A stretch of 64,000 nucleotides of DNA from a virus (Duplodnaviria; Caudoviricetes), in the IMG/VR virus record IMGVR_UViG_2593339199_000003, positions 41,082 to 105,081 of that record. One strand, 5' to 3'. The notes beneath the pieces are model-generated. The model had not been told where the DNA came from, ran no database searches, and saw nothing but the letters and a program-made list of their open reading frames with translations. The position numbers and the translations under genes were made by a program. Shown one piece after another: positions 40,101 to 49,500 of the stretch; position 1 is the stretch's first letter; every line of letters starts with the position of its first letter.

Positions 40101-43100
40101 GTTCAGCACGTCCCATACCGTCTTGTCGTACAGGCTAATGTTGATACCGTCCTCGTCGCCCTTGCCGATTCCGAAGAAATTGCCGAGCTTGTTCCAGAAG
40201 CTGTTCTCCTGGAAGCGCAGCAGACCGGTCGTCTTGTAAATGTTCTGCGTGATCTCATTGCGCTGCCGATCCTCAAAGGCGCCGTTGAAATTGATCGCAA
40301 GGTGACTGACTGGCGGCCCCGGCATGCCGAAGTGCATGATGCCGAGTGAGTGCTGCTGGTAATCCGCATTGCTGAACTGCGTCTTGAGGTCCCCCCAGAA
40401 GCCGGTGTGGTCCGTCAGGATCTCATCGAGGATCTCAGTCGGTTCCTTCTTGCTGAACACCCAGCCGCGGGTCGTATCGCCCGGAGAGGCTTTCAGTTTG
40501 TGCGTCAACTCGATGCCGTCGTCCTGGCAGACGGCTGTGATTGTTTCGCCGTTGTTTTGCAGCTGCGTGATGACGCCGTTCATCATCGTCGGCATGTTGA
40601 TGGCGTTGGATCCATACCCCATTCGGAAGTGAACGCGGGCGCCGGTGCGCAAATAGATCGAATTGTACCAGTTCGGATTACGACCGCGGCGCGCCTTCTC
40701 TGCTTCACGCGCGAGCGAAGCGGGATTGAACATGAGCTGCACGATATCCCAGCCGTTCGTGTTCGTCAGGTCAAAGCTTTTAGCCGCGTCATCCAGCGAA
40801 CCGAAGACGTTCGACATCTCGAGCACCAGCGTGCTGGAGGCTGTCTTTCGGCTGTTCGTATACATGATATCCATGACAGCCCGGTAATTGAAGTAGTTGT
40901 CGGACATCTTGGTCGCCGCTACGAATTGCCCCTCATCAATGAAGAACAGCAGGAACGTCGGGAACGCCCTCACCAGCCGGCCGCGGCGGTCGTACTTGCG
41001 CATATCATGAAAGCTCTCGCGGAAGGTCACGTCCATATCGGCGTAATCTTCCTCCGTCAGGTTGCTCTCCTGGAACTGCGCTGTGTCACTCGTGGCGCTT
41101 GCCGTTTTGTAGTCGGCCACCGGCAGCGTACTGTATTTCTCCGTGAGCTGCGCTTCGGTCCACCTGCCGATCTTGTCCACCTTGCTGAGCACTGTCTTGA
41201 TCAGATTGACGATCAAGTACGGCATCTTCTTGTTGCTGTTCAGCAGTAGATTGTATTCCCGCTCGTAGCCGAGATACATGGCGATCGCGCCGACCCAGAT
41301 AGCCTTTTGCTTCTGTGTGCTCGTCAGGCCGAACGTCGTATAGATGTTGTCTCCGACCAGATTGACGCCGGCGACAATATCCAGGTAATGCTGCATCAGT
41401 TTACATCCTTGCTCAACGTTGTACTCGATGTTGCGTGCAAGGCTGTTCGGATCCCCCATGAGCGGGCTGACGCGCATGACGCCGATGAATGATGCCTCCC
41501 GGATGAAGTTCTCATCCTTGAAGTAGCGCAGGTCATGCATCTGTAGGATCGGCACAGACGCTGTGGTCACTTCGATATTGCCGAGCTCTTTATTCGCTCC
41601 GGGCCCGACCGTGTAGAACTGGCGCATCTGCGGATCAAACGTTTTGGCCAGCGCCAGCATCAGCACTTGATCCACGCGAGAGACGGTATTGTCGGACTGC
41701 GCGTTGGCCACGTCCTGCGATTTCTTTCGAATCAGCGTCTCGATGTCTTGAACGGACAAGTTTACGGTATCGACTGAGCTCGGTGTTTGCGTGGACGCGA
41801 CGGGCGACGGCGTGGTCTGCTGCTTCGCTGCAATGTCATCCGTGACTACTTGGCCAGGCTCGACGCTTCCCGGCACGACCGAGGCCGATCCATTCATGGA
41901 GTCCCGCCACTCCGATGGCGTCGTCGAGTTGGCGTTCATGTACTGATCGAGTTCTTCCCCATAATCGATCGGGTCATTGTAGATCAGGAAGAAGTCAGGA
42001 TCGACGTAGACGCCATTGTTTAGATTCGGGATTACGAAGCCGGCATCCGCCACCTCTTTGTACGTCGGCAATTCGAGGTCTGGATAGAGCTCGACATTCT
42101 TCATGAGTTCCTTGACCTTTGATTCGTAGATCGCCCGCTTCTGGAAGTCTTGGTCGCTCGTCCAGTCGGCGAGGCCGGCAAACTGCAGCCAGTCCCGTGA
42201 AGCAGGATCATCAAACGGATTCCACCAGGCGTAGTTACTGAGCTCGAACGGGATCGTCTTGTTATTCGCCGAATCGTAAAGCATCTGCGTTTCTTCCAGG
42301 CGCTTGGCTGCCCGGTTGAAAGCGGAGAGCGTCAGCGTGATTTCATGCACGCCGGGCTGCCCTTCAACCGTGCTGGACACCATGTCTTCAATGACGACAT
42401 ACGTACAGCCAAACAATCGGGTAAGCTGATGGTCGAACTCGATAAAGCCATTCGACAGCACCGAATGATATTCCCGATTCAGATACGTAGAACGGCGAAC
42501 CAGATTCTCCAAGCTTCCAAGGGCTTCTGGATCATCGGCTTTGAAACGCGCAACATATACGGCATCTTGCGATCCTAAGTATTGATGGGTTGGCGATTCA
42601 TGCATCTGAATCTGGGTCGGCGTGATGATATTCTGGTAGCCGACGCTCAGCTCCTGCAGGTACAGGCCGGGGATATCCCAATTGTCCATTCGAAACTCAT
42701 TCGTCTGCAGCAACTTATAAATATCATCGCCGTACATCTTGTCGATCTCGCTGTCAAACATGACCTGCTTGGCTTCATCATAGAAGCCGTGTGGCACGCC
42801 ATCCTCATCCTTGCCTAATGGCTTTGGCACTGGGAAGATACCGCCGATCCAGGTCCAGTCTTCTTCATCGAAGCCGGCCTTGTCGGTTTTGTCATCCATC
42901 CATAGCTTGATCAGCTTGTCGCGCTTGTCCTTCCAGTCCTTCATCGCTTCCAGGTCTTCTTCTGCGGCAATACGAAACATGTATTCATTATGCAGGTCGA
43001 TCTGCAGTGGCTCATAGAAGACAAGGTTTCGTTTTGGATTCGGCTCCAAGCTGCGACGATAATGCCAGCGAAACAGCGGCCAGTTGAACATCTCCTCGTA

Positions 43101-43550
43101 GCTGCGCTCCGACTGGTCGAAGATGTAGGAGAACGGATTGAACGCGTACATCTGAACCTGCGCCATGAGGCAACCGGGGAAGCCATCAACCGTCTGCACA
43201 GAGATCGATGAGATTGTGACAGCCTCTACCTGATACGTGTCGTTCAGGAGCATGTTCGTGACAGGCAGGAATGGACACTTGCGGACCTGTGCCAGAAGCG
43301 GACGCAGCTCATTGTTGATGCTCTGCAGGCCCGGGAAGAACAGATTCAGTTCAATAATATGGTCAAAGTGCCCGGCCGATTTCACCATACTGCTACGGCT
43401 GCGGAGCACATTGACCTTTTCGTTTTTCATTCGCTTGGTTACGGTGATTGCGGTCGGGGGCACATAATACTGTGAATCCCCGATGCGCAAATGATGATCC
43501 CGTAACGCCCCATAAAGGGCGTCACGGTCATCCACTCCGATCGTAGACAT
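37152..43550 (-). CDS. Baseplate hub/tail-associated lysin (2132 aa): degenerate SLT fold, gp27/gpD-like hub, GH73 glucosaminidase, M15 peptidase
   Basis: Hub motifs GARVHFRMGYG...NGVI...CQDDG and VMGDPSVKPYD...VREVNH. GH73 AAWETGWG...NNLFG...YASD..W. M15 VTSTYR...SWH..GFAVDI...HVH. Confidence 0.85.
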   Translation of the reverse strand: MSTIGVDDRDALYGALRDHHLRIGDSQYYVPPTAITVTKRMKNEKVNVLRSRSSMVKSAGHFDHIIELNLFFPGLQSINNELRPLLAQVRKCPFLPVTNMLLNDTYQVEAVTISSISVQTVDGFPGCLMAQVQMYAFNPFSYIFDQSERSYEEMFNWPLFRWHYRRSLEPNPKRNLVFYEPLQIDLHNEYMFRIAAEEDLEAMKDWKDKRDKLIKLWMDDKTDKAGFDEEDWTWIGGIFPVPKPLGKDEDGVPHGFYDEAKQVMFDSEIDKMYGDDIYKLLQTNEFRMDNWDIPGLYLQELSVGYQNIITPTQIQMHESPTHQYLGSQDAVYVARFKADDPEALGSLENLVRRSTYLNREYHSVLSNGFIEFDHQLTRLFGCTYVVIEDMVSSTVEGQPGVHEITLTLSAFNRAAKRLEETQMLYDSANNKTIPFELSNYAWWNPFDDPASRDWLQFAGLADWTSDQDFQKRAIYESKVKELMKNVELYPDLELPTYKEVADAGFVIPNLNNGVYVDPDFFLIYNDPIDYGEELDQYMNANSTTPSEWRDSMNGSASVVPGSVEPGQVVTDDIAAKQQTTPSPVASTQTPSSVDTVNLSVQDIETLIRKKSQDVANAQSDNTVSRVDQVLMLALAKTFDPQMRQFYTVGPGANKELGNIEVTTASVPILQMHDLRYFKDENFIREASFIGVMRVSPLMGDPNSLARNIEYNVEQGCKLMQHYLDIVAGVNLVGDNIYTTFGLTSTQKQKAIWVGAIAMYLGYEREYNLLLNSNKKMPYLIVNLIKTVLSKVDKIGRWTEAQLTEKYSTLPVADYKTASATSDTAQFQESNLTEEDYADMDVTFRESFHDMRKYDRRGRLVRAFPTFLLFFIDEGQFVAATKMSDNYFNYRAVMDIMYTNSRKTASSTLVLEMSNVFGSLDDAAKSFDLTNTNGWDIVQLMFNPASLAREAEKARRGRNPNWYNSIYLRTGARVHFRMGYGSNAINMPTMMNGVITQLQNNGETITAVCQDDGIELTHKLKASPGDTTRGWVFSKKEPTEILDEILTDHTGFWGDLKTQFSNADYQQHSLGIMHFGMPGPPVSHLAINFNGAFEDRQRNEITQNIYKTTGLLRFQENSFWNKLGNFFGIGKGDEDGINISLYDKTVWDVLNICAAVGEDFIVAVHPYDFRNTIFMGKPYFPIAYAYDVAGGKSMQDTNLASYDIQAVSKPFRQYHIYDSWTSIVENQIIATTENMYTVAVGVYSNEGNLDTTQAIYVDTNIWPEMQRTVQIDTQLNAQGIRLIENIPIIGHFLNKLPKWYFDEWTAIKIAAAGLRDYVKQMYDGYLTVMGDPSVKPYDICYFNDTFNNMSGPIEVREVNHLLNFETGYITMIKPDAVVVNSDRHVMTMLQGLTHTAAYMIMSYTLRAVLRNMGYKGAFPVMNAIWSVVKRRYEAMKGKFDATKVGSKLMEWTTAAGEELSKPRTIETKNYRVEIDPVTKEVRRYDPVTDEMKNRWTKSGILKDMASKIENFTEKDAQALFDNLYEALYDKRFKGYNKIDAAKLAKLKTGASKMMATGFKVTAKAGRWGKRGWEMATGALAIFGGPVGIAAYLIETAVVEIACACISEFIERFLFTRKSCIIAVLRRDGIEFSAGINGHMGSVIGDSPDFWQRFLTNDVVGGVLAGFLGADTSQYAPIASDDDLSMQASGSSVDFSQFASSFFEKHRYKVIADTQAAEVYNFEVGEATKQLQGQVARQEADFNRKPTYEEDRTLLTSDDLTSSLGGSDSSGGSGYAAGTSFDTMDLNQPSGISADAIDAAFEGTGLAGLGKYFKQLEISIPSAPSPLALQGDGAGSARVMSGLYLAAHAAWETGWGTSRIFKDKNNLFGYGAVDSNPYDGAYTFATPQDCIYYAANKIKTNYLTAGGKYYNGSTLVGMNIKYASDKNWHNGIAQIMAKIAKHDPNFLPPTPDAPKASSGTNGTSAEVPTTTGSAGMKQYSLTPEQAKSVLVSTTKVTSVNFYEPIMQAPLIRQASADLLQQLGAVYTAKSGGKKLMVTSTYRKPDGSLSWHNTGFAVDIDTPDMKVVAGKLRFTNSADRDMVEMVIDLAVQAGFDGILHADDDLLNQMRKKYPKNTFTTRADHYNHVHLHYPTK

Positions 43551-43563
43551 AGGCTCTCATCTC

Positions 43564-46500
43564 CTACGAGTATTGCTGGACTTTATCTCGATACCAGATA
43601 CGATTCAGCCTGTTGGCGTTATCGGATTGGTTCACGGACATGTTAATCTTCCCGCCGTTATACCCGGATCGCTGCATAGCTTGTCCGAGCATCGGGCCAA
43701 AGTTCTGCGACCCGCTCCCCTGCGCGGAAATCTTAATATTAGCGCCGGAGTTGCCGGCATCAATCGGGGCCATTGCGGGAGCTGGTGTTCCGCCATATAG
43801 GGCTGCTGCATCTGCTCTCGCTTCAGTTTCAGACTCGGGATTGTAAGGCATTACAGGATCTTTATCATTAAATGTATTGTACCCCATTATACCTGCAAGC
43901 GCTAGACCTCCGATGAGCGCCGCCTTTTTATTTCTGGGCCCGTTCTTACCGTTAAAGAACTTGTCCATCGCCCCCGAAATCTTCTCGTAGGCCTTCGGGC
44001 CGAGCATCCCGCCGGTGCCGTCTTCGATCATCTCGGCAATGGTGCCGGCCGGTCCCTCAAGACGCTTGGTCATCGGCGAGGAGCTAAATGGCTCCAGCGG
44101 ATTCACCTTGCGGTATTCGGGCGTCAGGCTCGGTTGTTGCGGCCTGTCGATCGTCATTCCGCCTTCGCTACGCAGGATGTCTTGCAACGGATTCAGGAAT
44201 GGATTCGCCGTCGTGGCGTTCGGGTTGCGCCCCATAATCGTGTCTACGATTTCCTCCAGGCTGTGATCGCCCAGTCTCATGCCTTGGCTCGTGCCGGCCC
44301 GCAGCTCCGGATTGTCCATCCCCTTCTTCATAACATCGAGCGCGCGGGTTAGGTGCCCCATCGCCAGTTTCAGGTTGTCTCCGAATTGACCATTGAAGTA
44401 TTTGTTGTCCACCTCGATGGCCTGCTTCGTATTTCCTCGCTCAATGGCACTCAATAGATCGGCAGCGCCTGACTTCGTAAATAACCCCTGGCCGGTGCCG
44501 TGCTTGGAGGAGATCGTTAAGTCTTGCTCCAGGCCTTGCCCCAGTTTATAGATCTGCCCTTTGACTTCGGGGCTATCGGCGTAGAAGGTGTCCGCAACCT
44601 GACGCATCCGATAGTTGAGGTCCGATGCGCGGCCGATGAACTCCTTACCGGATTTCGCCATGATCTCCGGCAGCTGATTGGCCTCAAACCGATCCACGGA
44701 CTCAAGGCCTTTCTCTTTTCCGCTTCGGACATTGTAATCCTCGAAGATGCTTTTCAACGAGAACTCTCGAGAGCTATCAAGCTTGAGTTCGCCCTCGTTA
44801 AGCGCCTGCTCATACGTCATCGAGTTATTAAGCGCATTCTGGTAAGCCTGCTCGTGACGGGCCGCTCTTACCTCCCGCTGCTCAGCATGATTACGGGCCA
44901 GCTCCTCTTGCACGCCCTGATCGTGAATTGCGACGATGTGGTTGTAGTCACCGTCTGAGTCTTCCTTCAGCAAGGATGCAAGCAAAGACGTCGTATTATG
45001 GAAGCCGGCAGGCACTGATGGATCCATCTTAATTTTGACAGACTGGATGGCGTTCTCCGTAAAGGTTGGAAAGCGCAGGTCCGGCGCATAGAAATCTTTC
45101 TGAAGCGCTGGATTATGAAGTGCGCCTTCATTGCCGCCGAGCAGGTGCTCATAAATCCCCATCGTCTTCGCTTCGTTCGGGTTAATGAAGACCGTTTCAC
45201 CATCGAGCCGCATCGATTCTTCGATCGGCATGACCTTTGCAAGGCCGCTGGAGGATGTCGGCATATTCACCTTCAGTACGCTGTTACCCGTTTGATCACT
45301 GGATGCCGTCACGGCAGATACGGTTCCTGCGAAGTATTTGCCCAGGCTTCGATTCAAGCCCTGCATGGCCTTCACTTGCGCTGATTCGCCGTCCGCCTTG
45401 GTTACCGCCTCGGCGCGCCGATAGATGTCTGCAATGTGGCGCCGCATATCACGCAGCCAGATTTCTTCCCCTTTGCCGTCCGTCTTCGTGAACGGGATGA
45501 AGACCCGATCCATTTTACGGCCTTCCACTTCCGGCAGTATGGCTTCTTTCTGCCCGTTCACATGAATGTTCGGGAGCTCCATCCAGAAGCCATGGTAGTC
45601 ATTTTCACCGACCAGCTTCCGGACGTGTTCGTCATCCAGAATCGTGCGTGAGATCGTCGTGAGGTTCGTGTCCAACGTCGGCAGCGCATGGAAGTCGTGG
45701 AGGCGCAGCGTCCGGTTTTCGAAGTCAGGATCGAATCCTGGCCCTTCAACAGCACCGCGCAAAGCATTGACCATGCCGATCGCTTCCTGCAGCCGGCCGG
45801 TTTCTTTCGACTGATCGACAAGGTAACGGAACATGTGCTCCCTGGTCTTGTCGAGCCCTTTGACTTGCAGCATGCCTAGTTCACGGAAGCCGTACTTGAC
45901 GCCCTTCACATCGCCGCCTTCTTTATAGGCCACGTCGATCAAATTGCCGTTGTCATCCACATTGTACTTAAGGACGGCTCGGCGCTGCTCATCAACGACG
46001 GTCGAATAGTTTTGCACCTGCGCGATCCGCATAGCCTGCACACCTGTGATGTAGCCGGCGCTATTGGATTCGGCAAGCCCAAGCCCGAATCGATCGTTCA
46101 ACTTTCCGTAGAGCCGACCGAAGTTTCGGTAGTCCATACGCTTGTATTTCGCACTCACGTCATCGAACAGCAGCTCGCCATTCTTGTACGATGCATTCAC
46201 GCCGATCCGGCCCTGGTTGATCATCCGCATCGCTTCTTGGATATCTGCCTCATTAAGCACGTTCTCTTTTATCGCGTTCTGCATGGTGTACATCAGCTTG
46301 TTGGCCTGACCGCGCAGCGCGCCACCAAGGTCACCGTGCTTGCCGATATTCGGGTTGTAGACGACACCGACGTTTTCTTCGCCGAACAGCTCCTTCAAGA
46401 ACTCGGATCCGTAGCCGTATTGGCCGTTGTGCATGTTGCCGCCGATCGTGCCCTTCTCGATATCGAGGTAGACCTTGTTGGCCTGCTCGGTATATTCAAT

Positions 46501-49500
46501 GGCAAAGGCGTTGTCGGTTGATCTTGCCGATGCGATCCGGCCGGCATACTTCTGATCATAGAATACGGACTGCCGTTGCCCGTCAACGATGCGGGTACCC
46601 AACCGGTCTCCCGGGCTGATCACCATGTCTCGCCGGAGCTGCCCGTCAGCATCCAGGTACTTGCCATCCCACTTGATCTCATCGCCTCGGTAATACTTGT
46701 AGTTCTTCGTCTGCAGGCGATTAACGAGATCCTTGTTAAAGATCATCTGCTGTTCGTAGACGTTCGGCTTCCGGAGTACATTAACGCTTCCGTCCGCCCG
46801 TAGTATCCCTTCTTCTGTCAAGATACGACGTATGTTATCGTCGCCCTGCGCCTGCGCGATCAAGTCATCTACCCGGCGGGTAACATCTGCCTGGTTGGCC
46901 ATGACAGTATTCACGTAGACCTCCGGCTTGTACGGATAGAGCTTACTGTGCTGCCGCTGAACAGCCGTTGATACCATGTGGTTGGTCGAAGCCACGCCTT
47001 CTGCCTCTTTCAAGGAAGCTTCCAAGTCCTTGTCGATCCGGTAGCTGTTCATCGCCTGAACGGAGTTGTCTCGATTCTGTACCGTGAAATGGCCGTAGGC
47101 GAATAGATTTCGAGCATCTATGGAGCCGATGCCGCCCCTTGCTACGACGTCTGCTTTAGCCGAGGAGTAGAAGCCCCGTCCGAAGCCGTTCTTCTCCAGC
47201 CACTCCGGCATGTCGCGACGGATCATAAACTTGGCTTCGTCATGCAGGTCATCCAGTTTGACGAATGGAATCAACTGTTTCTTGCCGGCATTCAGAATCA
47301 CGTCCGTATTTCGGAAGCTCCGGTCGGTCAACGTGCCGTCTTCATAATACTGCTGAATCATCGCGGCTGCCGGATACTTGAGGCCCTGCTTGAGCAAGTC
47401 GGCTTCTGTATTCGTGACGAGCAGGTTCTCGTTAAAGTCCCGCTTCACGCCGGAGAGCTCGCTGACAAAGTTGTTCATGAGTCGGCGGGCCGAGGCCGTG
47501 GCCTCCGATAGCTCCCCATCCTTCAGCTGCTGCGCCATCGTATTGATGTTCCATTCCGATCTGTGATCGAGCAGGCGCGGATCCGCCAGCATATGCCCCA
47601 TCTTCTCCACGGTGGAAATCTCACTATTCACGCCGTTGACGCGGATGATATCGCGTGTGGCATTGAAATGTCGGTTGCCGTAGACCAGCGTGCCCTGCTG
47701 ATTAATCAGCGGTACCGTGAACTCGAACGCTTTCGGATGCGCCTCCGATGCGCCGCCGGCCATATGGCGAAGCACGCTTGCACTGTCATCTGGATGGAAC
47801 ATTGTGATGAAGGCTTGGGTCGCCTCCGGATTCATCGAGAGCGCCATGTTCAAGCTTGGATTCATCTTCTTCAACGTGCCCATCATACCTTCGATGGCCT
47901 GGCGATTATTCGGATTCATCCCCGTGAACTTGTGCTGACGATCCAGCTTAGCGAACATATCGCCGATATCTGTCCCTGGCCCCGGGATAAAGCCGTTATT
48001 TAAGAGGTAGCCGCGCATACCTTGCGTCTGCTTGATGGCCGATTTCACCAGTTGCTGGCCCGCTTGTTTGGAAATCCTCTCCACGGATTCCCGGCGCCCC
48101 AGCGACTCCTCTGTAATGCGGCGAATCGTCAAGTGCTGTTGCTCCATCAGATCAAGTGCCAGCTGCTCAATCGATGCCGGGATCGTCAGCTTGCGATCAT
48201 GAATCCCGGTGATAGCGCCCTGCACATAATCGTCGTCGATGATGCCAGATCCCTTCAGCGAGGAAAGCAGGATCTTAAAGCGCTCGGCCCGCTCCACAGC
48301 TTTCTCTGTCTCTGCCAAGTCTCCTGTCCCTTTGAAAACATAGCTTCGGAATGAATTGATGGCATTGTTGGCATTCTGTAGCGACACGCTGACGCTCTTG
48401 CCGGTTAGGCGGTCACGGAACTGGAAGCCATTCTGCTCGTAAGGAAGCGAGGCACGAACGGTTTTATGCTGGCCGGCCGATTCATTCACGCGCTCATGAA
48501 AGAGTGACCAGGCAATGTTTTTCTGCTCGGCTTCCATGCCGGAAGCGTCGATGGCCTCGATGGCGCCTTGGTACAGCGAGTGCTCGGACATGAGGCGCGG
48601 GAGCATCTTCCAGAATGCCTTCTCCTCGTCCGGATTGTAGACGAAGGACTTGCTCGTGCCATCCCATAGGGAATTGAAGTTCATCATGCCCTTCATTTCA
48701 TCGCGGCTGATACGCTGCTTGAGCAGGCGGCCGATGATCTTTTCGCGTGCCTGATCGTATTGCTCTGGCGTCCAGGAGCGCATGAACTGCCCGTTCTTCA
48801 TCGTCAGCTCGTCCAGCTTGCGGGAGGCCTCTGCCTCGATTGCGCTCCAGCGGCCGGAAGTAAACTTATTGTAGACTGCGGCATTGGCGTACATCCGCTT
48901 AGCGGCATCGAAGCCGGCGGTCGATTTCTTGTCGAGACTGAACAAGCTTTCGTACCGGCGGCGCCCGAGGTCAGACTCACGCAAGTGCTGGATCTGCTTG
49001 CGCATCTTCTTACTAATGTTGCTCATCGGCGTGAAGCTGCGATGATAGAAGTCGGCAATCTCATAGGCGGCATTCTCGCCCTCACGGACAACAAACGAAC
49101 GGAGCTGCGGATTGTCCTGGTTCACGAACTCAATCGCCCATTTCGGGACACCACCAGAAGACAAATCGCGAACGCCAGCCACCCGGTAGAAGGACTCGGC
49201 ATTGATGACGTTCTGGTTAAAGCCCGGACGGAAGATCTTATAGGAGCCGTCTTCCGTAAGCTCCGCTTGATAATCCAGCTGGCTGCCCTTGTAGTTGCGC
49301 ACGCCGCGCGTGGCAAACAGCAGATCGCTCGTCGTGAGCGGCTTATTGCTGTGCATGAGATAAGGCGTTCTCTGCCCCAGCTGCCTTGGCTTGTAGTCGG
49401 CCTTGACCTCCGTGGATCCAAGCAGATCGTCAACGTAATTCCAGGTGTTCGCGACAAGTCCGCCGACCCCATTCATGCCGGTATCGAAGCTTGCGGAGTG

